A DNA stretch of 64,000 nt from Podospora anserina (taxonomy: Eukaryota), in assembly GCA_017654855.1 (NCBI GenBank), contig CM030333.1:3596001-3660000 (forward strand), in the 5' to 3' direction. Shown here piece after piece: positions 1 to 13,023 of the stretch. Within the stretch, counting starts at the first letter, position 1, and the number at the start of each line of letters is the position of its first letter. Under the pieces are notes generated by a model. That model had not been told where the DNA came from and did no database searches. It was given only the letters and a program-made list of their open reading frames with translations. The position numbers were made by a program, and so were the translations under genes.

Positions 1-471
1 ATCGCCAAGCTAAAGGAGAAACTCGTCCCCTGCGTCGGGGTTGATGCGGTGTTGGAGAAGCTCGCAAAGGAGGGGAAATACAAGCTTGCTGTTGTTAGCT
101 CGAGTGCCTTGAGGAGAGTAAAGGCGAGTGTGGAAAAGGTTGGGCAGGATAAGTACTTTGGGAAGGATGTTTATAGTGCGGCGACGAGCCTGCCGGTGCC
201 GACGAGCAAGCCTGATCCGGCGATTTATCTGCATGCGATCAAGGTCATGGGGAAGAGGGCGGAGGAGTGTATTGCTGTTGAGGACAGCAAGTCGGGGACG
301 TTGAGCGGGACGAGGGCGGGAATTAAGGTGGTGGGGTATGTTGGGCCTTATCCGGAGGAGGAGAAGGAGCACATGACACAGGTGTTGACTGAGGCGGGGG
401 CGGTGGTGGTGATGAGGGATTGGAGTGAGTTTGAGGGGGTGTTGGAGAGGATTCAGAAGGGCGAGCTTTAG
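1..471 (+). CDS. HAD-superfamily hydrolase (CbbY/beta-PGM-like), 3' part only
   Basis: Frame open from base 1; HAD motifs II-IV visible (VVSSS, KPDPAIY, AVEDSKSG); TAG stop at 469-471. The 5' part lies outside the window. Confidence 0.85.
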   Translation: MAKLKEKLVPCVGVDAVLEKLAKEGKYKLAVVSSSALRRVKASVEKVGQDKYFGKDVYSAATSLPVPTSKPDPAIYLHAIKVMGKRAEECIAVEDSKSGTLSGTRAGIKVVGYVGPYPEEEKEHMTQVLTEAGAVVVMRDWSEFEGVLERIQKGEL

Positions 472-571
472 AGTGGACGACATGTGGGGTAGAAAGATAG
501 AGGGGTGGGTTAGAGGATAGATAATGCAGGTCTAGAGAGATACAGGGAGCTTTAGCTGATGATAAATTTGT

Positions 572-2158
572 TCACTTTCGCCAGTCCATCAAGTAACTGT
601 TTACGCTTTGGAGGGTGGCTCTGCCGGGGTTGGCGTCGGGGACTGTGTTCATGATGTGCCCTAGTTTGACCCGGATGGCAGTCTTGGTGAAGGACTCCCT
701 TTGGTCACTTGCTGACCAAATGTTTCCCTCGGCGTCAAAACACCAGCAGTAGAGAGCTAGAGCGACGCCTACCGAGAGATCTTTTCCTGACCCGCAGAGT
801 ATAACGAACCTCTTCTCAGGCACTGTGCCTTCCACGTCTGGTTTTGTCTCGCACAGAAAACGAGATGCAAACTCACAGATCCTTGGCAGAGCATCTCTCA
901 ACAGCCTACTGGCAGCCTTGCTCTTCCCCAACCCAACCTCGATATGAGAAGGTGACTTGACCCAAGAATCCTGAGGGGTTGTCTTGGGCAGCAAGCTGAC
1001 TACACACGTCCCCGGGGTCGCAAGTTGAGCGTCAACCGCTTCGAGGGTGCCTACATAGATCCCCGGAGCAACTCTTCTCACTTGCCCGGCGGAATCACCG
1101 GCGGGCCCTTCCTCGGCCACGAGCCTCTCGATAAGCTCGGGGAGGTCACTCTCTGGTGTGGAGACTAACTCATCCTTGTGCTTCCACCAAATCTGCGCCG
1201 TCAGACCCAGCGCCCAGTTCTCCGTGTCGTCTCCTGCTCCCTGGATGTACCCGCCCTCACCTAGCTCTGTTCCAGTGACTCTTCGGGAGCTGGTGCAGCA
1301 GACTACTGGGTGGAAGTCCTCGGAGAATGCAAGATCGAGAGCGTCGTCTTGGGTTATCCAGAACGGGCGGAGCGGTTTCTTCAGCTGGGCCCTGAGAGGT
1401 GCGAGGTCGATTTTGAGTGAGCGAAAAGACTCGACAAAGTCCGGGAGCCGGGCTGAGATTTGACTGGCTTCCGAATCCGAGACTGCGTTTGGTGGGACGT
1501 GGAGGGTGTGTGAGGAGGGGATGTCTGGGAAGAGGGCCCGGTTGAGGACTGCACACCAGGTTGGGATTGTTTTGCTTAGAGCGTCTGGGTGTCCTGATCA
1601 GGGTGTTGTCAGACTTTGTTTCAGCGAGTGGATGGATGCAAAGGATGGAAACAAAACTCACGTTTGCCTCGCCGGGTAGAGTCAACAATGATGCACCTGC
1701 AGGTAGGTAGCCGTCGGATTAGTTCATGATCCCCCCAAACCGACGAGTTCAGTTGGCTGGTAAACGTGGACGGGTAGCCGCATGATAATAATTAAAAAAA
1801 AAATACATGATAGACATTCATACCCATTATGTTCCCCAGCTACACCCAGCAAATGCAGATTTATCCTCCTCGTGCTAAACTTCCACTGGCCGGTGTGCCC
1901 ATCTGTGCTTTTGAAGTAAGCAGAGGCTGTCTTCCTGGCCGGATCGATATACCAGCTCCCGCAGCGCTCATTCGCGACCAACGGCAGCTGCAACGCGTCA
2001 GCAACACTTTCGACAAAAGAGGCGTCGTGTTGGATCGATCTGAGCCGGTTTGTGATGGAAAGGTTGGAGCGCTTGAGGTCTCCGAGAATGCGTGAAAAGT
2101 TGTGGTTGGCCTGCTCGGGGAATATCACCTCGGCCAGCGTGGGGGTTGCTGCAGCCAT
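572..2158 (-). CDS. RIT1: Initiator tRNA A64 2'-O-ribosylphosphate transferase
   Basis: Exons 2158-1824, 1696-1662, 1593-572 (1392 nt, in frame). Rit1 motifs ANERCGSWY, YFKSTDGH, IVDSTRRGK, PDALSKTIP, YIQGAGDD, and C-terminal GKDLSVG...LQSVNSYLM. Confidence 0.93.
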
Positions 2159-5100
2159 GATGGAAGAATCCTGTCCGGGCTGTTGGCGTTGTGGCTCTCA
2201 TAAAATTACCTCGAAAGTGAATGAAGCTCAAAGATGATACCAGATTTGATCGTCCCCCGCAGGGCTTGAAAGGGGTGCTGTGGTTGGGCCGTCGTGGTGC
2301 GCTAAAAATTCCACGTTTAGCGGGGACGGTTAGCGTTGTCTCGTAGGGCTGAAGATAAACTGGGGAACATTCCATTTCTTTTTCCAGGTTCCGCTCTTCA
2401 CTTTGAGTCCGAGGTGCGAGATTGCTCACGGTAGAGAATGAATAGCAACCGGTGAGTAGACCTGATGCTTGACAATAGCACAGGCCGCGTATGCCAGATC
2501 AAATTCCAGGATATTGTTCATGACGACCACAGAGAGTAGCCTCGCGGTAGAGGGTATATCAGATTCAATCGGCCGATAATAGGACCGTTGCACACAACGG
2601 CCCGCTAGCTACGTTGCACGATCGAAAGCTTCCAAGCTTCTTCGGTCATCAAATAGGCATGGTGGCCTCCCGAGGCCATCAGCAGCAGCCAAAGCTCGAG
2701 ACTTGCCGAAGTGAACCATCGGGGTCACCGACCAGATGCCTAGTTCTTGGTTCTGGCGCCAAAAATATCATCTCGTTGTCAATAATGTCAGATCAACGAT
2801 ATAACTTACAAGAAACACTAAGAGAAACCCATATTTACACATTTGTCAGGCAATGGGTTTGAAACATGGGATTGTTGGGGACACGGAGCAGCGCAACATC
2901 GAGAAACGCTTGCTCAACAGTCTGGGCAAACCCCAAAACCTGGCCCCGCGATCTGACTGGCTACTAGTGGTGTGTTTTGAACTCGAAGGATTCAACCAGC
3001 TGCGGCCAGACACGTCCCAGAGCTGGCCAAGTATGATTCGGGACCCGGCTGCCACTTATCATTGTGTGATTTTACACAACCCATGGGCCTGGACTGGATC
3101 TTTCCTTGGACTATGGGGAAGCGATTTTGGTCAAGCAGGGGAAATAAGGACCTGCTGAGATAGTTCGGACTGAGAGAATAGTGACTGAGGTCTAAGCCAC
3201 ACACATATCTCCTAGCAAGCAGCTTAGTCATCAGATCAAAGCATGGGCGGATATACGAACGTGTGTCTTTCCTCTGTTTACCCGGGGATACACGGAGGAT
3301 CGCCGGCCTTTGGCCTCACCGCTCGTCTGCACGACCGCAGACCGGCTCCGAACAAGATAACGGACCTGCTTGCACGGCCCCGTTCGTTCGGTGGCAGAAT
3401 GTTTGCACAGCCTGCCCCACATCTGAGAACGGATTCCAGAGTCGGCTTGGGGAAGAGGGGCCGAAATGCAATGGACAGCACCTTGCAGAGACCGACAGGA
3501 AGAAAAGCAAACTTCCCGCTTCTTGGCCACCATTCTTCGGTGGTCAAGCTTATTCCAATCCCTTCTTAGTTTGAGAAAGATACGAACGAGGGATATTGAC
3601 GGCTAGCTTGATAATTCTGAAATTTGTGAGTACGGAGTGTATTGGCCGTCCCCGAGGGCACATGGCGCGGGATGTGCCCTCATGGCTATTCTCCAAAAAA
3701 AAACCAGTGGGAGGGCTCACCGCTTCCACACCACCCACATCATGGAAAAACCTCCCCCAAATCAGCAATGCCACCTCCACACTTGGAAGATGTGGCGCAG
3801 CATCTCAGACTGAGGCAGCCAGCCGTTTGAAGAGCACCAGTGACTTCATTTTGCGGGGAGATATCGACGCCATCTGGATTAACCCTGCCTTTGAGCATTC
3901 TGAGATTCGAGGCTCGGCATAACCCTGGTCCGTCTCAAGTCTCACTCTCCCAGTCAGCCGGCGAATGGCATCTCACGAGACTCGACCCCCGGAACTCTCC
4001 GACGATATGTTGATATGACTTGCCAAATCGGGACACAACTTTCGAGGACCAGACGGCGCAAATATCCCCCGCACCCGACTGAAAGGGACCTGACGATAGG
4101 AGATCGAGTGGCTCAGATGAAGTCCGACGAGGATGAGTCTCAGACCTTAATATCAAGCAAGAGTCGACGCATGAATCGCACGTCTGCGTAGGGCTGAACT
4201 CGCGACTTGCAGAAGCCACTCGGCTCTGCATCAAGGATTGTCCAATGCCCGTCATTGTCATTTTTCAATGTCTTGACAGGATGGCCATGCATCGATCGAC
4301 CGGCTGGTGGTTGTTGGTTACGGCCAATTGGTACCATCAAAGGCGACCCCAAACATGGGCGTCGTTGGCTTGCTCATAGGGCTGAAATGGAGGGGCAAGC
4401 TCTTCTTTAGCATAGAGGTACCACTCAGGTATGGACCGTGCTCGTCGACCCCGCCATCCATCACTCTCCGCCTTCCCCTCCAACGGCATGTTCCTATCTC
4501 CATGATATCGGCCGGTATCTGGTTCGGATCAACGCACCGGCGTTTTGTTAAAAAGACAGGCTGAAAAGCAAGGCTCGACAAGCAAGCCAGCGGCGCAAAG
4601 GCTTCGAGCTGGCGGTCAGTATAACGTATGTGGTGAATCGGGACACGATGGCTCTAGACCTATTGTCAATGGAGAAGGACCGTCTCTGACAAATGGAGGA
4701 CACGCGAAAGTTCCCAAACGGGTGATGGTGAGGGAGGACGGCAGTAGTGTTTTGGTAGCACGAGGTCGCTGCGTCATCACCGTCGTCGTCTGTCCCCCCG
4801 TACCCCGTGGGATTTTGGTGGAGGCGCGGTGCAGCTGTCTTGATGCAATACTGATGTCGAAGGGTAAGGTAACGGGCGGGGTCCAGAGCGTGGCGTCTGC
4901 ATTCGACCCCAATTCCAGGCAGAGCTCCTTCCCATCGAGGAAGACTTGTTCCAAAACATTCCGTCACGTAATAAACGGAGAACCGTCACTGATGATTATT
5001 TCGGCAACCAATTACACCCCGCATCAGCCAATCCCGAACTCAAACGTCAGCCACCAAGGTGAGACGATAGAGTTGAGCATCGCAGCCGTGTGACGGCTTG

Positions 5101-5851
5101 CCACGCAGACTAGCTAGAGTTCAGCAGACACAAGTCGGCATTATTACTATTCTTTGCCTTATTTGCCCTCGCTCGGAGCACTCGATAGGACTGACGCACT
5201 GGTTTCTCTCGGACTTTCCAAGATCGATGTGCGAAAGGAAATCATCGAGATGCAATATGCATGGTACATATAAGTACCTACCTTTACCTTAGTCTAGCCC
5301 TCACCCCTTGCGAGAAGCGGCAGGGTACCCTGGGCGCTGAGACAGACACTAGCCCGGGCCGCCCGCATGCCCTGAACGACAAGAAAAAGTGGGCTGAACG
5401 GCGGCCTGAACGAGCCGTGGTCGCCTGCAGGTATCATTCATATCCCATTATTAACGAGCCTCGCCCACCTTCCCCCTCAACCCCCTTGCTCAGGTTCTGT
5501 CTTGCAGCAAAGCTGTGCCCACCTGTCTCCACGACAAGACGTTTCCAGCAGAAATGATGCGCCCTTGAGCTGACCTCCAACATTAATACCTTTTCCCCTG
5601 GTGCTCGACCAATTCTCCTCTTGCACACTCACCTTCACTTTGTTTTATTGTTGACTGCAAAGCTGGGGCTTCCCTGTCTCCATACAAACACCGTCCGAAC
5701 TCAAGCTTCCCTGTTTACTCCATCGATCAAGGGCCGGCCCGAACGACTTATACCAAGGGCTCCGCCAATCGAACAACAACGTGGGCAGTGTAGGTAATTT
5801 ACAAGAGGTGACAGCTCAACGCGCCCCAAGAATTCTGACAAGCCAAGCGCG

Positions 5852-8156
5852 ATGGCTTCTCTGATGCCAGTCCACGCTGTCTTTGCGCCAGCTGGAAATG
5901 GCGCTTCGAATGGTGGTGGTGGTGGTGGTGATGGGCAAAAACCAAAGCGCGCGAGAACCAGCAAACCCAAGGTCAAGACGGGGTGTAACAACTGCAAGTA
6001 AGGGACATCCTCCCGCTGTCATCCCGCCAACGAGGTTCAAACTTCCCGGTGATGCATATTGTTGTGTCTGTTGGTTGGTGGCGCTGACCCCTGTTCTCCA
6101 CAGACAACGAAGGATCAAATGCGACGAACTTCGACCAGAATGCTACAACTGCGTGAGATCAAAAAAGATTTGTTCCGGATACCCTCCTCCTCCGCGCAGC
6201 GCCAGACCGTTTGAAGAAATTAGAATTGCACCAAAACCAATTGCCGGTGCCGGTGCCGTTGCGGCCGCTCCCCCACCCGTTCGCGATGCTCTTCAACTGC
6301 AGCCTCACCCACGACGGGTGGCCAAACAGCTCAAGCGGACCACAAGCCCCCTTACACCAGTAACACCTCAAGCGTTCATGATGCCAACAATGCCAACCAT
6401 GCCGGCTTTGCCGATTAACGTCTCGATAAATCTCCCATTCACCGCCGAAGAAGGACTCTATTTCCAGCTGTTCCGTGAGCGGACGGCAAGTGAACTCTCG
6501 GGCTTCTTCGACTCTGCCTTCTGGGCACGAAGCGTCCTGCAGGAATGCCATGGCGCATCCGCCATTCGGCATGCGGTTGTTGCTCTCGGAGCCTTGTACA
6601 AAACTCTAGATAAAACAAACGAGTCACCGCCGGGGTCACCAAGTTCAAACGCCAGCCCCTATGATAGTGCCAGGAGGCACTGGGAGATGGCTTTCAGGCA
6701 GTACGCCAACGCTCTGAGCGCGCTAATCAAGGCCGATTCAGCAGAGTCCTCCAACAGGACGAGATTGATGGCGAGCGTGCTGTTGGCATGCTTTGACTCG
6801 TTTGTTGGCGACCACCAGCAAGCTATTGTCCAAATCCAAAATGGGCTTCGACTGTTGGAGAAGCTCCGCCAGGAACGGAGACGGGCATTCTTACCCAAGC
6901 CTGAGGAGCCGGTGGAGGAAGAGCTCATTCAGATGTTCACTCGACTAGCCATTCAAGCAAAATCCTACGACATGGCCTTCCATTTTCCACAACCCTATGT
7001 CGTCCGCCTGACCGCGGCTGCCCAAGACCCCAGCTCACCGGGCTCTGAGGGCGGCTCGCCCATTTCAACTGACCAAGGTCCCGTCCCAGAGCGATTCTCA
7101 ACTGTGCAGGAAGCTCGTATCGTATGGGATCGCCTTGTCGAGCGCATCTTCCGCTTCACCGAGACTATGTTTGTTGAGGCTCAACACGGTGTCATGGGCA
7201 TCCTTCCAACCACGCTGGCGCAGCGCGGTATGAGCTTCAAAAAGGAAATGGATGACTGGGCTCATGCATTCGAACACATCCTTCAGTCCAGAACGGCACC
7301 GGGCGTGAGCAGCCAGGAAAAGGCATGCATTGCTGCAGTGAAGATGCATCAGATCATGAGTAGTATTCTGTTTATGATGACATTTTCCGACAGCGAGCTG
7401 CACTTTGACAAGTTCACGCCGGATTTCAAGCACATTGTGGATCTCGCTCTGGAAGTTGTTGGTGACGAGGAAAGAAGAGCGGCAGCCAAGCGTTGCCCAG
7501 ATCAGAGATTCTGTTACCACCAAAGCCGATGCGAACCCGATATCTTTGGAGGCCACGAATACGCCGCACGCCATATCAAGCCCAGCTTCAGCGCGGATCT
7601 GGGTATCGTTCCGCCGTTGTATGTGGTGGCGACCAAGTGCCGTGACCCCATCCTTCGACGGCAGGCCATTCAGCTCCTGAGGAGCAGCGCCAGGAGAGAA
7701 GGCATGTGGGACAGCGAGCTGACGGCACGCATCGGGATGTGGATCGCCGAGGTAGAGGAAGAGGGTTTGTTTGCCCCCAGTGATTTTACTCCGTCGCCCA
7801 CCGGTTCGAGCCCTGTACAGCTGTACTCGCCCCGTCCGTCGACAAGCGGCAGTTCTTTGACGCCGCCGCCTTCTGCGACATACAGCGGAGGCCGATCGAG
7901 CCTCAGCCCTCAACCTGGGTTTGAGTACACAGACAGCCCGCCTAGTCAGAATGGATATGCACGACAGTCGTCGCTTTCACCCAGTGTTTTGTCGGTGCAG
8001 ATACCGAAAAAGATTGTGCCGGCAGAGAAGCGCGTCATGGTCAGGGCAGTCGAGTTCAGCCTGCGTGACCGATCGGCTACGATACAACTGGGCTCGCGAA
8101 ACCTCAGACTGGGGACACCGGATTTGAGGACGAAAGTAACGAGGATTACGTGGTGA
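5852..8156 (+). CDS. Zn(II)2Cys6 transcription factor with fungal-specific C-terminal domain (Fungal_trans_2/DUF3468 type)
   Basis: ATG at 5852; intron 5998-6103 (GTAAGG..GCTGAC..CAG) joins KVKTGCNNCK to QRRIKCDELRPECYNCVRSKKIC, a complete C6 cluster; C-terminal PLYVVATKCRDPILRRQAI..RREGMWDS. Confidence 0.92.
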
Positions 8157-8930
8157 TGGAATTATGGGTTTATCTTTTTGCTTTTCTCTTCTTGAATATC
8201 TCGACTTTCTCATATACCCGGACAAGTGCTCCAGAGTCTTGTACAGAGGAGGTCTTTTTTTTCTTTTCTTTTCTTTTTTCTTTTCGTTTCGCTTCTTGTC
8301 GCATTGTTGAAACGATATTTTTTCATGTATGTGATGGGGGAAAAGGGGGCGGGAACGAAAACAGAAACGGGGGGTTCAAGAAAACGGTACACAGGAGAGC
8401 ATGGGTCGAGCAATTGGATCTCACGATCTTGCGTGTATTTTGGGTGTTTTGTTTTGTTTTGCCTATCTAGCTTGACTTGGTGGCGTTCTGTACTGCCAAT
8501 GTTGAATAGTTGTTTGGTGTTGGGGGCAAGGAGGGTTAGACAAATCGCCAGGGAACTGCTGTTGTGTGTCTCCCAGCAAATCCGTTCATTTTGGAAGAGC
8601 TGGTATCTGAAGAAGTTAGCGGGACGGGATGGGAAAACAGAACGACGATGCTCTAGTCTTTTTTCGCTTGGAAGGAGAAAGATATTTAAATAAACCAACC
8701 CATCTTGATCAAATTAGATTGCTTTGGCCGTGATTGAACTCTTCGTGTCTGTCTTGAGGGAAAGGGAAATGCCCGTCAGGCGCGTGAAGCCTTCCCTTTT
8801 TTTTTTCTTCTTTTTTTTTTGCTGCATTTCTAACAACTCCTTGGTGGGTTTTTAGAAGGAAATATTCAATAATAAGGCAGGAAGGGGGAATCTTAATGTG
8901 GCCAGCCTCTTTTCATGAGGAAACAATTGG

Positions 8931-9143
8931 GATGAGCTTTCCTCCAGGTTTGGGCAGAGAGATGTGAGGGAAGGGATCTGCTATTTGTCTACCGCAGTCA
9001 CTCCTTCCTCACCTCATCTCTTCCACATCCTGAGCAACAAGGGCAGGAGCAACCGCGATACATAGATTCCTTCCCGGCTCCACTCCCGCCACAGCGGCAC
9101 CGGCCAAATGGTCGAGCTGGTAAGCAGGTGAGCTTTTTGCTCC
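8931..9143 (+). repeat. Non-coding element, copy A (short form), homologous to 46703-47182 (-)
   Basis: Collinear blocks shared with copy B: 8931-8953 (16/23), AGTCnCnCCTTCCTCA 8996-9011 (14/16), GGCAGGAGCAACC 9042-9054 (13/13), GAGCTGG 9114-9120, GGTGAGCTTTTTGCT 9127-9141 (15/15). Confidence 0.6.
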
Positions 9144-9354
9144 CAACCCACCCCCTCCTTCCATATAGTTATATGACATGCCTTGGATCGTTTGCTTTAC
9201 CATTTACCGACCGGCACAAATATAATATTGGATCAAAGTTGATGATGAATCCCATCAAATTAGTCGCTCTTCTTCCATCAAAAAGCTACCGCTTACAGCC
9301 TAGGAACTATCCATCATCTGACCCCATCATCCGCCTATACACACTCTTTCTCCC

Positions 9355-12300
9355 CTAGGACATCCCCCAAGCCTGCCCCTGTCCGGGTTGTCCCCCCTCC
9401 CCCTCCCACCCTCCACTCCGCTGCTGCTGCTGCTGCTGCTGTCCCTGCCCCTGTCCCTGATACTGCTGCTGCTGATGCGCATGCATCATCTGCTGATAAC
9501 TCTGCTGCTGCTGCAACTCCCTCTGCATCTGCGCCTGCTGCATCATATAACCATAACCCATCTGCTCATCCCCCATCATCATCTCCGGCCCCATCATCAA
9601 CCCATCCCCCCCAAACCCAAACCCAAGCCCCAACCCCCCTCCCGGATCAAGCTTCTCCATCTCCCTCATAAAGAACGACCGCTCAATCTTCTCCATCATC
9701 ACCCTCTTCCCCTTTTCCCGGTCAAAAACCGCCATCGTCTCCGGGTACTTCCTCACGTTGAACCAGTGCGTCAGACTGCGCAGGGCCTGCTCGAGCGGAA
9801 GGGCTTCCTCAACCTCTGCGTCGATATCGGAGCCGGCCAGCCATTCGTCTCGCAGTTCTGGGCGGCAGTAGAGGTACACCGCCGTGATTACCCGCATGTT
9901 TGACTGCCGCCACTTGCGGCCGCAGTAGGGGACTTGGTTTTTGAAGAGTTTGAGGGTGTACAGCCGTAGTTCCTGCTGGGGAACCTTCAGGGTCTTGCGG
10001 AGGATGGGGGATGACTTGTACTGCACCAGCAGCAAGTTCCGGTGGGCCTTGTTCTTGCAGATCTTTTGCATGATTCGTAGATAGTTGATCAGGCAAAAGA
10101 AGTTTCGCCGCGAAAAGTCCGTGATGGGCTCGCTGGGGAGAGGGTTGACGGGGTAGCCGAGCTCGTCAACTTCTGGGCGCGTGGGGGGTGCTTGTTGTTG
10201 TTGTGCATCAAACGATTGCTGTGCGTCTTGGGACGCTCCTCGCTGATCAGGTGTGGTTGTTGGTGATCGACGACGTTTGATGGGCGGGGGGGCCGCGTCG
10301 TCCTCTTCCTCACTGACTTCCTCGACATCCTCGAATTCTGTAGCTGTAGGGTTAGGCATGCCCGGATGGGGTATCACGCCAGCCCGAGAGCCGCAGAAGT
10401 AGAAGAAGCTATGTTACCATATCAGCTTCCCATCACTTCCAACCAAGACGAATGAAGATATACACACCTATGCTCGAGACGATCAAGTTTATTTTCCACA
10501 ACCTGCTGTACGTCGTGGACAGCAAACAACTTGAGTACCAGCGGAATGTAGCAAGAATCCAACAGGAGCTGTGTCAAGTACTCGAACTTTAGAACGTCTG
10601 AGGCCCATGTTAGCACACTATCATCACAATGCTCGCTCCTGCAAAGAACTTACGAGAGAGCTTCAGCCACTTCAACAACAGGATCAGGATACCCGTGGCA
10701 GCCTTGGCAGCAATTTCCCGATTCCTCATCTCATCCACATCTGCATCTGAGGGCGAACCCGGATCAGGTCCCTTCCCGCCGGCCCCATTAGGCCCAGGCG
10801 CCTGGCTCGGCCCATTAGCCCGGCCGGCAGGTGGACCACCACCCTGTTGCTGCCCATTAGGACTGGCAATAACCATGTTACTAGCAATGGCCAGAACCTG
10901 CTTCAGCAACACCACAACCGCAGACTGGAGCTGCGGCAGCGCCTCCTTGTAAAACTCTTCAACTGCATCCAACCGCCGCTTCGTGTTGTCGTCAACCTCC
11001 CTGGGGCCATAATCCGCTCCTGATCTGGACGCCTTTCCGTCTTTGTCTCCTGGCTTCACCAAGCCCAGTTCCTCCTTCTCCTCAAGCGTCAACTCGTCAA
11101 GGTCGAGCTCATCGATGAGATCCTCATCCGCTCCCTCGCAGCCGCCCCTGCCCTCTTTAAGAAACTTCTCTCTCTCGTCCCACAGTTGCCGAGTAGCCCG
11201 CGTCATACGCACTCTCTTAGAGAAGAGTTCTCCTGCTTCCATGATCGAGGCTGGCACATCGCTGCCTTCCCACTTCCTCCCCACCAGCAGATCCTGGAGC
11301 CCTGCTCCTCCTTTCCCACCTGCGCTGTTACTAGTCGCGTCAAGCGGTGGGTACATGAAAGGGAAATTCTGGTTGGTTTGGTAGTTTTGTTTCTTTGCGC
11401 CCTTACCACCGGCTGCCGGGCTCGGGGGTGGTGATGGCGCTGGTGTCGCAATATGAACGGGCTGGTTAAGGATCGATCCTCCTCCCGTCTGGTTAGGAGG
11501 ACCGGAGATAATCCCAGTTTGGGCGGTGTTTCGGGGTGGGTGACTGGGTAAGTGAGGTAGTAATGATGTGTGCTCTGCTTCCAATGGAATTGCTGGCTGA
11601 GGCGGGACGTATGCTGGGTATTTTGATGTAATCTCCTGTCGGAATACGTGGTAGTCCAACGGCGAGGCCGTAATCAGTTCCATGTCTTTTTCGTTGATCT
11701 CCCTCTCGCTTGTCGCCTTCTTCGTCTCTGAAAGCTCCTTCATACCACCAAACACCAGCAATATTGACTTCCAAAACAAGAGGAAGATCTGAGTCTGTGG
11801 CAAAATCCCAGCCTCATCCCACCTCAGCTTTGCCGTCGCCAGCATGAGAAAGTCCACCAGGTTGGGGTTCAAGGCAACTGCAAACATGTTAGCAACCAGT
11901 CTCCCTTTTCTTCACCAAGAAAAAAGGTGCACTTACGCAACCTCGGCCTGACCTCCTCCATCCCTTCTGAATCCTCCAGAGTGACCTGAATAACGACATA
12001 CATGACCGTCATCAAATGAATCAGCTCCTCCACCTGCATCTGCAAACTCTGCGGCGGCTCATCCGCCCAAAACGGCTCAAAGGCCCCTCTCAGCGCATCC
12101 CACATCACCTCCACCCCTCCACACTCCGCCAACACCCTCACCCCCTCCTTCATAGCATCCAACTGCACCTTCGTAGCCGCACTCTTGCACTTCCCCTCCA
12201 CAACCCCATTCAGCATCCCCACCTTCCTAACAGTCACCGCCTCCGTCCACCGCCCCAGAACAAGATATACCACCGCCCCAATCGCCTCCCCTCTGACCAT

Positions 12301-13023
12301 CCTATCGTCTTGATCATCGCTCAACGGCTTGATATGCCCCAAAATACTCGTGACAAACTCCTTTCGTTTCGAAACATCCACCTCATCCCATCCCGGCGGG
12401 GGCTGAGCCTGGCTTTCTGTAGGTGAAGACTCGGGCGAGGCAAAGTACTTCCCCCACGCCGTGTGAAAAGCCCTGTTGGCAGCGTTCAACCTAACCCACT
12501 GCCAGAAATTATACATGAACCACTCGTCGATTTCCTCCTCGAGGGGGCCCATGTCGGTGTATTCGTAGTCGTAGGCTATCGGTTCTCTGTTGGGGAAGTC
12601 GTTCACAATTCGTCTAAGTTGTGCCAACGAAAGGGAGTCGTTTGGTGAGACATTTTGTTGTTGCTGCTGCTGGGATTGTTGACCCTGCTGCTGCTGCGGT
12701 TGAGAGGCATCATTGGTCTCGTTGCTGTTAGCTGTGTTTGGAATCGGTGGTGCGGGGACAGAGGGGACAGCTGGGGGAATGGAAGTCGCTGAGGGTTGTT
12801 GGTTACGGACGAGGAGGGGGCGCTTGGCCAGGGATGTGGGAGGAGGAGGGGGTGGTTTTGATGTGTTGGCGGGGCCAGCAGCGCTGGCGTCGACCGTGCC
12901 ATCTTGGTCGACTCCTGTTTTCTGAACTGGTGGCTCAGCTGCAGGTGGCTGCGATGCTTCTTTTCCTTTCTTGGATGCGTCATTCGCAGCGCTCGAGGCA
13001 CGGGATGGCCAGAGTGAGTTCAT
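9355..13023 (-). CDS. ham-2: STRIPAK complex subunit HAM-2/PRO22/Far11 (STRIP1/2 family)
   Basis: Exons 13023-11937, 11877-10654, 10597-10468, 10408-9355 (3495 nt, in frame). Motifs YDYEYTD..EEIDEWF, ASPLDYHVFRQEITSKYPAY, HVLKFEYLTQLLLDS, YCGRKWRQSNMRVITAVYLYCRPELRDEWL. Confidence 0.95.
9419..9514 (-). repeat. (CAG)n / Gln-Gly coding microsatellites in the ham-2 C-terminus
   Basis: (CTG)n runs on the + strand encoding QQQQ and GQGQGQ tracts. Confidence 0.8.

Noticed and set aside
2430-5851. Several 100-180 aa ORFs between RIT1 and the C6 factor
   Set aside because: Overlapping on both strands with no domains; best read as a long promoter/leader region.
5883-6103. ORF-track N-terminus MRQLEMALRMVVVVVVMG of the C6 factor
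   Set aside because: Wrong frame reading through the intron; the true exon 1 starts at ATG 5852 and supplies the first two cysteines.
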